A stretch of 53,205 nt of DNA, from positions 1-53,205 of the forward strand of contig JBBSJG010000002.1 of the NCBI GenBank assembly GCA_038257485.1, in the 5' to 3' direction. Shown piece by piece: positions 16,753 through 25,736 of this stretch; within the stretch, counting starts at the first letter, position 1; the number at the start of each line of letters is the position of its first letter. The translations under genes and the position numbers were made by a program. The notes under the pieces are model-generated. The model was given only the letters and a program-made list of their open reading frames with translations, made no database searches and was not told where the DNA came from. The DNA comes from Longimicrobiales bacterium (lineage in GTDB: Bacteria > Gemmatimonadota > Gemmatimonadetes > Longimicrobiales > RSA9).

Positions 16753-18354
16753 TTATTCCAGTCCGACCTGCCGGGCGTCCAGGACTTCGGGCAGGCCCCG
16801 CAGTTCCCCCATTACGGCGTCCGACAGCACGCCATCCACACTGATCGCCGCCAGCGCGTCACCACCCGCACTCAGACGGCCCTGGTGATACTCGGCGATG
16901 TTGATGCCAGCGCGGCCCAGCACCGTGCCCACACGGCCGATCACACCCGGCACGTCCCGGTTTCGCAGCACGATCAGCGAACCCTCCGCACGGATCACAA
17001 CGCGGAACCGGTTGATGCGCACGATCCTCGCGTGACGACCGGCCACCACAGCACCTGCAACACGTACCTCGCCCGCATGCGTGCGCAGCCGCACGTCCAG
17101 GAACTCCTCACTCGATCCGTGCGCCGCCACACCCGCCATCTCAACGGTGATTCCACGCTGCGACGCAATGTGGACTGCGTTCACGTGGTTGATGCCGTTC
17201 GCACCGATAACATCCCGCAGCGCCCCTGCGACGGCCGCGGCCGCCAATGGCTTCACGAACGCCTGCTCCGGCCCTGCGTACCGGACCGTCATCCCCGATA
17301 CCGGACCATCCACCAGCACCGCAGCAAGACGGCCCAGGCGCTCGGACAACTCGAGCAGCGGACGAAGGCGACGCATCGCCTCGCCGCCGATCGCTGGTGC
17401 ATTCACGGCGCTCGTCAGATCGCCATCCAACAACGCCGCGCGGATCGCGGCAGCAATTTCAACTGCGACGTTCTGCTGCGCTTCCGCCGTCGACGCGCCG
17501 ACATGCGGTGTCAACACCACGTTCTTCAGTCCACGCAGCGGGTGGTCCGATGGCAGTGGCTCCGCAGAGTATACGTCGAGCGCGGCGCCGCCGAGATGGC
17601 CGCTCTCGAGCGCCCGCTGAAGCGCACCCTCATCGACGACACCGCCGCGCGCGGCGTTGATGACGATCGCACCCCTCCTCAACATCGCCAGTTCAGCGTC
17701 GCCGATCATGCCGGCCGTCTGTTCGGTCAGTGGCGTGTGCAGCGAGATGACGTTCGCACGAGCCAGTACACCGTGCAGCGAATCCAGCTCGATGTCCATC
17801 ATCCGCGCGCGCTCTTCATTGAGAAACGGATCGAAGGCGACGACATCCATCCCGAATGCGCGCGCACGCTTCGCAACCTCACCACCGATCCTGCCGGCGC
17901 CGATCAGCCCGAGCGTTTTGCCGTATAGCTCCATGCCCGTGAAACTCTTGCGGTCCCACTCACCGGACTTCATCGATAGGTCCGCTGCAGGCACGCGCCT
18001 CGCGACAGACAGCAACAGCGCGAACGCGAGCTCCGCGGCCGAGATGGTGTTGCCCGATGGTGCATTCAGCACAGCGATCCCGCGTTCGGTCGCAGCCTCG
18101 ACATCGATATTGTCGACACCCACGCCAGCACGACCGATGACCCGCAGCGCGTCCGCATAGCGCAGCGACTCCCGCGTGATAGTGGTCGAGCTGCGCACGA
18201 TCACGGCAGTCATGCCCTCGATGGCACGCGCCAGGTCTTCGCCCTTGAGGCCCGTACGCTCGATCAGCTCGAACTCGGGCGTTTCCGTCAGTGGCGCGAG
18301 CGAGGCCGGCGGCATGGCGTCCGCCAGCAGGATGCGAAACCGTTCAGTGCTCAT
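16753..18354 (-). CDS. serA: D-3-phosphoglycerate dehydrogenase (long form with ASB and ACT domains)
   Basis: 533 aa with GLIGAGRIGGEVA NAD fold, NAARGGVVDE and TPHVGAST. The C-terminal part is ACT-like (LIVLRNRDVPGVIGRVGTVLG). Confidence 0.95.
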   Translation of the reverse strand: MSTERFRILLADAMPPASLAPLTETPEFELIERTGLKGEDLARAIEGMTAVIVRSSTTITRESLRYADALRVIGRAGVGVDNIDVEAATERGIAVLNAPSGNTISAAELAFALLLSVARRVPAADLSMKSGEWDRKSFTGMELYGKTLGLIGAGRIGGEVAKRARAFGMDVVAFDPFLNEERARMMDIELDSLHGVLARANVISLHTPLTEQTAGMIGDAELAMLRRGAIVINAARGGVVDEGALQRALESGHLGGAALDVYSAEPLPSDHPLRGLKNVVLTPHVGASTAEAQQNVAVEIAAAIRAALLDGDLTSAVNAPAIGGEAMRRLRPLLELSERLGRLAAVLVDGPVSGMTVRYAGPEQAFVKPLAAAAVAGALRDVIGANGINHVNAVHIASQRGITVEMAGVAAHGSSEEFLDVRLRTHAGEVRVAGAVVAGRHARIVRINRFRVVIRAEGSLIVLRNRDVPGVIGRVGTVLGRAGINIAEYHQGRLSAGGDALAAISVDGVLSDAVMGELRGLPEVLDARQVGLE

Positions 18355-18358
18355 GGTG

Positions 18359-19513
18359 CTATCTCGCCGTGAACGCGTCGGTCAGAACGTCGAGCAGCAG
18401 ATCCAGCCGGTTCATGGTGTGATCGCCCATATGGCCGATACGGAACGTACCGTCCCGCATGGCGCCATACCCCGTCGCAATCGTGAATCCGCGCGCAGCG
18501 ACCGCCGCAGCGACCTGCGGACCGGTCCATCCCTCAGGCACCGTAATGCAGGTCACGGTCGGTGAGCGGTAGCCTTCCGGTGCCAGAACATGCAGGTCTA
18601 CGCCGTGCTCCTCACGCATGCCGTCGACCCACGCATACACGCGTCTCGCCATCGACGCATGCCGGTCGAAGCGGTTCTGCAAGCCTTCGTGCTCGATGCT
18701 CTCGAGTTGCGCGGCCAATGCGTAGAACAATGATACGGCCGGCGTATTCGGCGTCTGGTTCTTGAGGATGTTGCGTTCGAACTCGAGGAAATCGAAATAC
18801 ACACCGCGGTCATTCTTGCTCTGCGCCCGCTCGAGGATGTGACGTTGTGCGACACAGAACGCGAGGCCCGGCGGCAGCGCCAGACACTTCTGGGATCCGG
18901 TCAGGACGAGATCGACACCCCACGCATCCGTGCGGAAATCGGCCCCGCCGAGTGCGCTGACACTGTCCACGAGCAACACTACATCGCCCGCGCGGCGGGT
19001 CACTTCGGCTAGCTCGGCGATGGGATTCAACACACCCGTTGACGTCTCCGAGTGAACGACCGTCACTGCGTCATAGATGCCGCGCGAGAGCGCGTTCTCC
19101 AGCATATCCGGCGTGTGCGGCTTGCCCCACTGCACTTCGAGCGGGTCCGCATCGAGGCCAGTGCTGCGCGCGATCTGGAAGAATCGCTCGCTGAATGCGC
19201 CGTTCACCAGCGACAAAACCCGCCGCCGCGCGCCGTTGCGCACCGCGCCTTCCATAAAGCCGGTTGCCGATGACGCCGCCACATACACGGGCCGTTCCGT
19301 CTGGAAAACAGCGCGCAGGCGGGGCTGCATGCGACCCATCAGCTCTTCCATTTCGGCGACGCGATGGCCGATCATCGGCTGGAGCATCGCCTCCAGGATC
19401 TGCGGCCGCACTTCGGTCGGCCCCGGCAGGAAGAACGTGCCGAATGGCGGCTTGCGCTTGCGTGGTGATGCCTGCGCCGCCGCCTTCTTAGCTGCTGCTT
19501 TTTTCGTTGCCAT
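18359..19513 (-). CDS. class V aminotransferase, probable phosphoserine aminotransferase
   Basis: LPGPTEV, HSETSTGV and SQKCLALPPG (PLP lysine) motifs. The track ORF runs to 19738, but the only sensible start is ATG 19513 (MATKKAAAKK). It sits between the serB-like gene and serA. Confidence 0.88.
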   Translation of the reverse strand: MATKKAAAKKAAAQASPRKRKPPFGTFFLPGPTEVRPQILEAMLQPMIGHRVAEMEELMGRMQPRLRAVFQTERPVYVAASSATGFMEGAVRNGARRRVLSLVNGAFSERFFQIARSTGLDADPLEVQWGKPHTPDMLENALSRGIYDAVTVVHSETSTGVLNPIAELAEVTRRAGDVVLLVDSVSALGGADFRTDAWGVDLVLTGSQKCLALPPGLAFCVAQRHILERAQSKNDRGVYFDFLEFERNILKNQTPNTPAVSLFYALAAQLESIEHEGLQNRFDRHASMARRVYAWVDGMREEHGVDLHVLAPEGYRSPTVTCITVPEGWTGPQVAAAVAARGFTIATGYGAMRDGTFRIGHMGDHTMNRLDLLLDVLTDAFTAR

Positions 19514-20288
19514 ATTTTGCTGCGTTCCCGTCGCCCAGGTAAGTGCGGTAGATGTCTTCCAGCATTTCGAGTCCGGCGTCATACAACGCCTGCGCGGATG
19601 CGTGCCGCGGCCGCTGCCCGCCCAATGCAAGCGGCAGTACGGGCGCGAGTGATCGCGAACGGATGACCAGGTCCGCAGCCGCCGTGACCGTCGGCCTTTC
19701 CACGACACCCGCATATGCGACGAACACATCCGCCACATCGCGCGTTTCCAGGTCCGTCACGCCGTCCCCTACAAACATCACGGAACCGTTCCTCTCGCGG
19801 CGCCAGATCTCGAGCAGCGTACGCTTGCCGCCACTCCGCGCAAGCAGTGACGCCTCGTCGTACCCTGCATAGTCGCCATTGGCATCAAACCGGATATCGA
19901 CCGCCGAGACATCACGCGCCGCGACACCCACGTGCGCCGCCAACTTCAGCACTGCCGGCAACAGGCCGCCACTCATGATCCGGACCTGTATGCCCTCGGC
20001 CTGCAGCGCGCGCACGACCGCGGCCGCATCGGGCACCGTGTGCTCGACATAGAGAGCACCGAGCGCGTCGACAGCGGACCGTGTCGGCATCGCGAGCGCC
20101 AGGCGGTCGCCATACACGCGCTCCAGCGCGATCGATCCGCGCATCGCTGCATCCGTCAGAGCCGCAATCGACGACTGGTGATCACGGCCCAACTCGTCGA
20201 TGCCTTCAATGGCCGACAGTGTCGAATCGCAGTCGAAGATGACGACATCGACGCGGCGAAGCCGGCGAACGGCTGCGCTTCGTCCCAA
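19488..20288 (-). CDS. HAD-IB hydrolase, phosphoserine phosphatase-like
   Basis: VVIFDCDSTLSAIEGIDELG (DxDxT motif I), MSGG, FVGDGVTD motif IV. Confidence 0.83.
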   Translation of the reverse strand: MGRSAAVRRLRRVDVVIFDCDSTLSAIEGIDELGRDHQSSIAALTDAAMRGSIALERVYGDRLALAMPTRSAVDALGALYVEHTVPDAAAVVRALQAEGIQVRIMSGGLLPAVLKLAAHVGVAARDVSAVDIRFDANGDYAGYDEASLLARSGGKRTLLEIWRRERNGSVMFVGDGVTDLETRDVADVFVAYAGVVERPTVTAAADLVIRSRSLAPVLPLALGGQRPRHASAQALYDAGLEMLEDIYRTYLGDGNAAKYGNEKSSS

Positions 20289-20451
20289 GCCAACTTCGTC
20301 GTCGGTTCCAGCGATGGCTACCTCCCGGGGAAACGGTGAAGATTGTCCTGCCGCGCGTAGCCGGCAAGTAGACCGGGAGCCGGAACCGTACGGATCAGCC
20401 CGTGTAGGATCCAGAGCTGTTCACGCTTGACCGTCGCCTGCCGGAGCCACG

Positions 20452-22647
20452 ATGGGAACACGCTGTCTCGCCGTCATAGCAGCCACCGCGTTCGCGCTGA
20501 TCATGCCGACAGCGCACACCGCCGCTCAGGTGGACCGCCCCGCGGATCCCCCGCGCGTCCTCCGGGATTCCCTCGCCAGGACCACGGAACGTCGCCTCAT
20601 CCGTCGCATTGAGCAGGATAACGCCGGGCTCAAGACCGCCGCGGGGTCCGTCGCGGCCGGGCTTGCAGCCCTCCGGTCCCATGAGCTGTCCGGTCTTTCC
20701 ACCGATGCGCGCAATGCCCGCCAACACTTCGCCAATGCACGCGCCCTCGACCCGGCCAGCCCATGGCCACTGTACGGATGGGCCGTCGCAATGCTGCCCA
20801 TGATAAAGGCCGACAGCGACCCCGGCCGGTTCGGATTCGCCGGTGACGATGCCCTCATGCAGGACCTCGGCCTCGACCCGCGGTCACGGGCGAGGCGTGC
20901 ACTCGAGAAGGCCGTCGCCCTCGATCCATCACATACCGAGGCCGCTCAGCTCCTCGCGCGCCTCGCCGTGGAAACCCGCGACAGCGAAGCCGCAACCCAG
21001 GCCACTGCCGCACTGCGCGCACTCGCCGATGCAGCACCCGATGACCCCGGCCCGCGGATCGCCCTCGCCGCCGCTGCTCTCCAGATCGGTGACCTCGAGA
21101 CCAGTGCCGCCGCAGGACGTGCAGCAGCCGCCATTGCGACCGGGGCCGAACGCTCGAACGCGAGGCACCTCGCGGCTCGTGCCCTGCTCCAGATCGACGG
21201 ACGCGAGGCAGACGGCGCCGCGGAGTACTTCGCGGGACTGCGCGACCTCGACCGGCCTGGCGCCTCGCGGTATTACGACGAGCTCCGACCCATCGCGACC
21301 GCGAGCGAGCTCGCGCAGCTCGAGCGGCTGCCGATCGTTCAAGCCCAGTCGTGGATCGAGACCTTCTGGGATATGCACGCGGCACTGTCGGCCGTGACCG
21401 TGCCGCATCGACTCGCAACGCACTTCCAGCGGCTGCCGCATGCGGACGCGTTCTACCGCCGCGAACAGCGCTTCGGCTCACCGACCCGCAACGCGCTTCT
21501 ACTCGACCGCCCGATGTCTCCGTATGACGATCGCGGCGTCATCTATGTGCGGCACGGCGCGCCGAATGACATCGTGCGCACCCGCAACACCGAATCATGG
21601 GTGTACAACGATCTCGGCAGTCGACCCGAGATGTACCACTTCACGGATGGCGGGGCGGAGGGGATCCAGGGCTTCAATGACTGGTACCTCATGTATAACC
21701 TGCCGTGCGACTACGATTTCAACGCAGCACGCGCGGTGCACGACAAGCGGCTGTCCAAGCTGGTGCACCGCTGCGATCCGCTCACGGTGCGTGAAGTCAG
21801 TGCACTCGTGCGACGCGACGTGAGGAATGCGCTCGCCACGGACGGCGACCCCTTCGGATTCAGGCGCCCGCTCTCAGCCACGTATGACATCTACACGTTC
21901 AAGGGTGAGCGCGGCTGGACGGACGTCGTAGCCACCATCGGCGTGCAGGCCGGGCCGATGAGGCCGCTCACGATCCAGGGCGGCGCGCAGCAGTACGCGC
22001 TCCGCACCTCGTTCATTGTGATCGACACCGCCGCGCGTGCGGTCGCGCGCAAGGACACCACGATCCAGGCGGGCGCGGCGACCATCGCGAATCGCGGCAG
22101 TATCCTCCTCGGCGATGTGTCGCTGACCGCACTGCCCGCGCCGGGGATGGTGCACCGCGTGCTTGTTGCCGATGCCTATGACGAAACGCGCGGGCAGCTC
22201 TATGGCGGGCCGATCACCGTGCCGGACTATAGCGGTGACAACCTGATGCTCAGCGACATCGTCCTCGCGCAGCCGAACACGGACGGTTCATTCAACCGCG
22301 GTAGCGTCAGCCTGTCGCTCGTGCCATGGCAGGCGTTTCAGCAGGGCGCGTTCCGTGTGTTCTACGAGGTTTACAATGTGTCGCCCGGCCATCCGTACAC
22401 GACCGAACTGAAGCTGGAGAGCGTCGGGAAGGGAATTTCCGGTGCGGTCGGTGGGTTGCTCGGTAAACGCCCGGCCGTCAGTCTGCGGTTCGATGAAGTC
22501 GCGCCCGCCAACGGCCTGGTGATCCAGCAGGTGCGTGACGCGCAGGCGGATCCAAGTCTTGGCGACTACAGGCTGACAGTGACGATCACGGACCAGCGGA
22601 CGGGGCAGAAGGTATCGCGTGTAAGGCCCGTCGTAGTCGTCCGTTGA
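20452..22647 (+). CDS. secreted TPR-like / GWxTD-like domain protein (paralog B)
   Basis: 731 aa with a signal peptide. The core is FWDM..HFQRLPHADAFY..PYDDRGVIYVRHGAPND..ESWVY..MYHF. The C-terminal FYEVYNVSPG..YRLTVTITDQRTGQK matches paralog A. Confidence 0.8.
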   Translation: MGTRCLAVIAATAFALIMPTAHTAAQVDRPADPPRVLRDSLARTTERRLIRRIEQDNAGLKTAAGSVAAGLAALRSHELSGLSTDARNARQHFANARALDPASPWPLYGWAVAMLPMIKADSDPGRFGFAGDDALMQDLGLDPRSRARRALEKAVALDPSHTEAAQLLARLAVETRDSEAATQATAALRALADAAPDDPGPRIALAAAALQIGDLETSAAAGRAAAAIATGAERSNARHLAARALLQIDGREADGAAEYFAGLRDLDRPGASRYYDELRPIATASELAQLERLPIVQAQSWIETFWDMHAALSAVTVPHRLATHFQRLPHADAFYRREQRFGSPTRNALLLDRPMSPYDDRGVIYVRHGAPNDIVRTRNTESWVYNDLGSRPEMYHFTDGGAEGIQGFNDWYLMYNLPCDYDFNAARAVHDKRLSKLVHRCDPLTVREVSALVRRDVRNALATDGDPFGFRRPLSATYDIYTFKGERGWTDVVATIGVQAGPMRPLTIQGGAQQYALRTSFIVIDTAARAVARKDTTIQAGAATIANRGSILLGDVSLTALPAPGMVHRVLVADAYDETRGQLYGGPITVPDYSGDNLMLSDIVLAQPNTDGSFNRGSVSLSLVPWQAFQQGAFRVFYEVYNVSPGHPYTTELKLESVGKGISGAVGGLLGKRPAVSLRFDEVAPANGLVIQQVRDAQADPSLGDYRLTVTITDQRTGQKVSRVRPVVVVR

Positions 22648-22665
22648 TCATTCGTATATGATTGC

Positions 22666-23577
22666 CTACAACTTTCCCATCAGCTCGAAGTGGAAGTAGT
22701 TCTCCTTCGTCAGAAAGAACTCGCCCATTGGCGATGGCCCCGAGAAATAGCGCATGGACAGGCGAAGCTCTCGCGCATTCGCGCGGTTCTCACGCCTGAA
22801 CGCAACACCGCCGAGCGCCGATACCGCTCGCTGCCAGTCCGTGCGCTGCGCGGTCTGCACATCGATCCCACCGTGAACACCGACATGACCACCGGACCAC
22901 CGATACCACTCGCCATCGGCACCCGCCTGCGCTGTGAAGCGGTCCCGCCGGTCGAGTGTCTGCAGGATCGCCGTGGAACCGGTGTTCGAGTGGAAAATGA
23001 ACGAGCCGCCGCCGTACAGGCGGACACCCGTCCTGTCTCTGTATGACACTACGCCCTCGAGCGCCTCACCACCGAACTCGATCCGCTGCGCTGTCGTCGA
23101 TTGCGTGAACTCGTCGCCGAGATGCGAGCTGCGGTGATGAATGCGGACACGGCCGGCAAGCTGATCCTTCAATACCTCGATGCCGCCACCTACCACCCAG
23201 TCCTGACCCATGTCGTCGCGACTCGGATTCTCGATGCGGAACCGAGAGAACACGCCGACATGACCCGTCAGGTTGATGCCCCCATCCTCCCAGGTCTTGA
23301 GCGCGACGAATGGAAACGCCATGCCGATGCCGACCGCTGCCACTACTTCGGTGTGATCGTCCGGCGTGACGAAAAATGGTGGCCGCTCCGGGCCCTGCCG
23401 CTCCAGTAGATTTGTGCGCAGCAGTCCCAGCGTGAACCGCGGCTCCAGTGGGTCCGCAATCAGCGGCGCGAAGTGACTGCTCCCCGGCATGAACCGGCTC
23501 CATCCGTCCGACTGCGCCTGAACCTGCGTCGTCAATGCTGAGAGAACGGTTACTGCTGTGATCAACGATCGACGCAT
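22666..23577 (-). CDS. outer-membrane beta-barrel-like protein (DUF1207-like)
   Basis: Signal peptide (VLSALTTQVQAQ). FAPLIADPLEPRF, HHRSSHLGDEF and FSGPSPMGEFF resemble DUF1207 motifs as I remember them. Confidence 0.7.
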   Translation of the reverse strand: MRRSLITAVTVLSALTTQVQAQSDGWSRFMPGSSHFAPLIADPLEPRFTLGLLRTNLLERQGPERPPFFVTPDDHTEVVAAVGIGMAFPFVALKTWEDGGINLTGHVGVFSRFRIENPSRDDMGQDWVVGGGIEVLKDQLAGRVRIHHRSSHLGDEFTQSTTAQRIEFGGEALEGVVSYRDRTGVRLYGGGSFIFHSNTGSTAILQTLDRRDRFTAQAGADGEWYRWSGGHVGVHGGIDVQTAQRTDWQRAVSALGGVAFRRENRANARELRLSMRYFSGPSPMGEFFLTKENYFHFELMGKL

Positions 23578-23689
23578 TCACGGCTCCTGCGGACGGAATG
23601 TTGTGTGACGGCCTGCGGTTGCGCGCACGACCCGATTGCAGCATTCTGCCGCGACCGCTTCGCACCTGTCAAGAAAGCCACGCTGCTCG

Positions 23690-25378
23690 ATGCACTACGC
23701 CGTCGCCGATTCATCCATTCCGCTCCCCACGGCGCATCCGCTGGACGCCCTGCTACCGGTCGATCGGGCGCCGGTCGAATGCGACGGCATATCCGGCGCC
23801 GCGCCCATCTCGCTTGTTGGAAACCACGTACACGCGACCGGCACTGCAAGTGACGGACTGGTTTCAGTCGAGATCAACGGCATCGAAGTACTGCAACACC
23901 TCCGCACGACGGCCGGGGGCGCGGGCACTGCAAGGCAGACGTCGCTCGGCGTTGTTCGCTCGTTCGACATCGGAGCGTGCACCGAACGTGCCGTGGCACT
24001 GCCGGACCTGCCTGCGATCACGATCGCATGGAGTGCGGGTGACGGGACACTCGACGTTGAATGGGAGTGCACCGGTATCGCCGCCGTCGCGCCATTGCGC
24101 TACCACTGCGGTCCGTCGGCAATCGCGGTCGACGACATCGCGGTCTTCGCATTCACGCGCGCCGTTCTTGCGTGGGACATCGCCGACATCTCGATCGGTG
24201 ACATCTCGACGGATCGGACACCGCGCATCCGGATTCGGGCACGCATCGATACTGACGATGGCGGCACCGCACTGCACATTGTTGCACGCACACCGTCGCA
24301 CCCGCATCTGCAGGCAACGCTCGACGGGCTCCGCAACGTTGTGCCGCTCACGCGTGCATTCGCCGGCACGCAGCGACGCCGTCAGCGGGAACATCTCGCG
24401 CTCCACTCTCCGGATGCAGACCTCGATCGCTCGCTCCAGTGGGCCGTGCAACGCGTTCCGTTCCTGACCCGGAAGGATGCCGCCGGCCGCGCACTCCACG
24501 CGCTCGCAGCGATTGCCGTCGGCGATACAGATACCGCCCGCAATCTGATCAACCACGGGCATCTGGATGCCGCAGGCGCGCTGTTCCTCATTGTCGTCGC
24601 CCGGTATCACGCCGCGACCGCGGACACCCCGACGGTCGTCGCGAACTGGGCGATTGTCGAGCGTGTTGCCGCCGCCACATTCACTGACAACGCGATTATG
24701 ACGCAACAGGGTGATGCGCGCACCGCACTCGCCGTCACGGCCCTCGCGGCGATCGCCGCCACGGCCGGCGATATCGGACGCTCGGCATTCGACGCCGACG
24801 TCGCATCGCGCGTAAAGCAGCTCAGGATCCGTCACGCCGACACACTGCGACGTGATCACTGGCTCGGCGCGATCGATGATGACGCAGGGCGCGGTTGGCA
24901 TGCCGTCGCCGATGCGGCGGACGCGGAGGCGGCACACGCACTGCGCATTGCCGGCCTCACCGCTGCGGCCCACGACACGCCCGCGCGCACCATTCTCCCC
25001 GTCGCATTGGGGTTGTGCGGAATCGAGCCGGAAGCCGCGCGCAACCGCCTTCGAATCCGGCCACGCTTCCCGCACACGTGGCAGTTCGCAGAGATCGACA
25101 ATATCCGGGTCGGCGACGCCCGGGTTCGCCTCACCTACAGCCAGGACGGCGACACGCATACGTTCCAGGCCAGCCAGGTGAGTGGGGGCGTGCCGGCGAG
25201 GCTCATCCTCGAGCCCGTCATGCACGGTGTTCGAATTGAAAGCACGTCTGTCGACGGCGAGCCGGCCGAGTTGGGGGCGGTTGAGCTCGGCGGACGCATC
25301 ATGGTGCCGGTCCAGCTCGTGCTCGATGAGACCAGGCGCCTCGAGGTGCGGATCGCGAAAACCGCCTCCGGATCATGA
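23690..25378 (+). CDS. hypothetical protein with weak (alpha/alpha)6-barrel glycosidase / debranching-enzyme-like C-terminus
   Basis: Track ORF starts at TTG 23636; the first ATG is 23690. The C-terminal GLCGIEPEAARNRLRIRPRFPHTWQFAEIDNIRVGDARVRLTY pattern is typical of GDE_C/GH15-like enzymes. Canonical catalytic motifs were not seen. Confidence 0.65.
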   Translation: MHYAVADSSIPLPTAHPLDALLPVDRAPVECDGISGAAPISLVGNHVHATGTASDGLVSVEINGIEVLQHLRTTAGGAGTARQTSLGVVRSFDIGACTERAVALPDLPAITIAWSAGDGTLDVEWECTGIAAVAPLRYHCGPSAIAVDDIAVFAFTRAVLAWDIADISIGDISTDRTPRIRIRARIDTDDGGTALHIVARTPSHPHLQATLDGLRNVVPLTRAFAGTQRRRQREHLALHSPDADLDRSLQWAVQRVPFLTRKDAAGRALHALAAIAVGDTDTARNLINHGHLDAAGALFLIVVARYHAATADTPTVVANWAIVERVAAATFTDNAIMTQQGDARTALAVTALAAIAATAGDIGRSAFDADVASRVKQLRIRHADTLRRDHWLGAIDDDAGRGWHAVADAADAEAAHALRIAGLTAAAHDTPARTILPVALGLCGIEPEAARNRLRIRPRFPHTWQFAEIDNIRVGDARVRLTYSQDGDTHTFQASQVSGGVPARLILEPVMHGVRIESTSVDGEPAELGAVELGGRIMVPVQLVLDETRRLEVRIAKTASGS

Positions 25379-25391
25379 ATCCGGAGGCGGT
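25363..25391. terminator. bidirectional hairpin terminator
   Basis: Perfect 12-bp stem ccgcctccggat / atccggaggcgg with loop catga that contains the TGA of the + gene. It sits between convergent genes (25378 + / 25400 -). Confidence 0.65.
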
Positions 25392-25399
25392 TCGAAGGT

Positions 25400-25594
25400 C
25401 TATCGGGCGGCCACTCGCCCGTCGCTTGCGAGCAGGCGGCGGAGGAACTGGGGCCGGTCGGGCACCGTTTCCTTGATGATTGAACGGGCGTAAGCGATTT
25501 TCTCTTCGTCGGTCAGCGTATCAACCACAGAAATCGGGGCACCATAGCGGAGGAGCAGTCGCTTGGCATCCTTCGCGACGTTATCGTCGTCCAT
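25400..25594 (-). CDS. hypothetical protein (64 aa)
   Basis: ATG start, coding-like GC3, and flanked by a terminator. No family recognised. Confidence 0.5.
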   Translation of the reverse strand: MDDDNVAKDAKRLLLRYGAPISVVDTLTDEEKIAYARSIIKETVPDRPQFLRRLLASDGRVAAR

Positions 25595-25736
25595 CGGTCC
25601 TCCAGGGAGGGGTGTGTTCAGGGGTGGAATCTACATGTTCCAGACGAGCACATCAATGCCGTAAAGTGGTCTGCCACCGGCGCGGCCATTGCATTAGCGT
25701 ACCGGTACCGGCGCACGCCGGGACCTGGGAGGGGTG

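Noticed and set aside
14517-16844. 775-aa + strand ORF, the longest unexplained ORF in the track
   Set aside because: It is antisense to the 840-aa GWxTD-like gene. The translation is Arg/His/Pro-rich with no recognisable motifs, whereas the minus-strand product has a signal peptide and a paralog. This is a typical stop-poor shadow frame in GC-rich DNA.
16702-17928. 408-aa + ORF
   Set aside because: It is antisense to serA, whose identity is unambiguous.
18359-19738. Long N-terminal extensions of several track ORFs (18359..19738, 47098..48837, 48510..50339, 2627..3484, 41842..42525, 39299..39694)
   Set aside because: The extensions run through upstream genes or intergenic DNA and give Arg-rich sequence. 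Family alignments and signal peptides point to internal ATG starts at 19513, 47350, 48921, 3295, 42435 and 39401.
23864-25225. 453-aa minus-strand ORF
   Set aside because: It is a shadow of the + strand gene 23690..25378. It has an Arg-rich, low-complexity translation. The + frame has better third-position GC and a family-like C-terminus, and it ends in a terminator.
25385-25396. ggcggttcgaagg resembling a tRNA T-arm (GGTTCGAA)
   Set aside because: It is the descending arm and tail of the terminator hairpin at 25363-25391. No acceptor, D or anticodon arms can be built around it.
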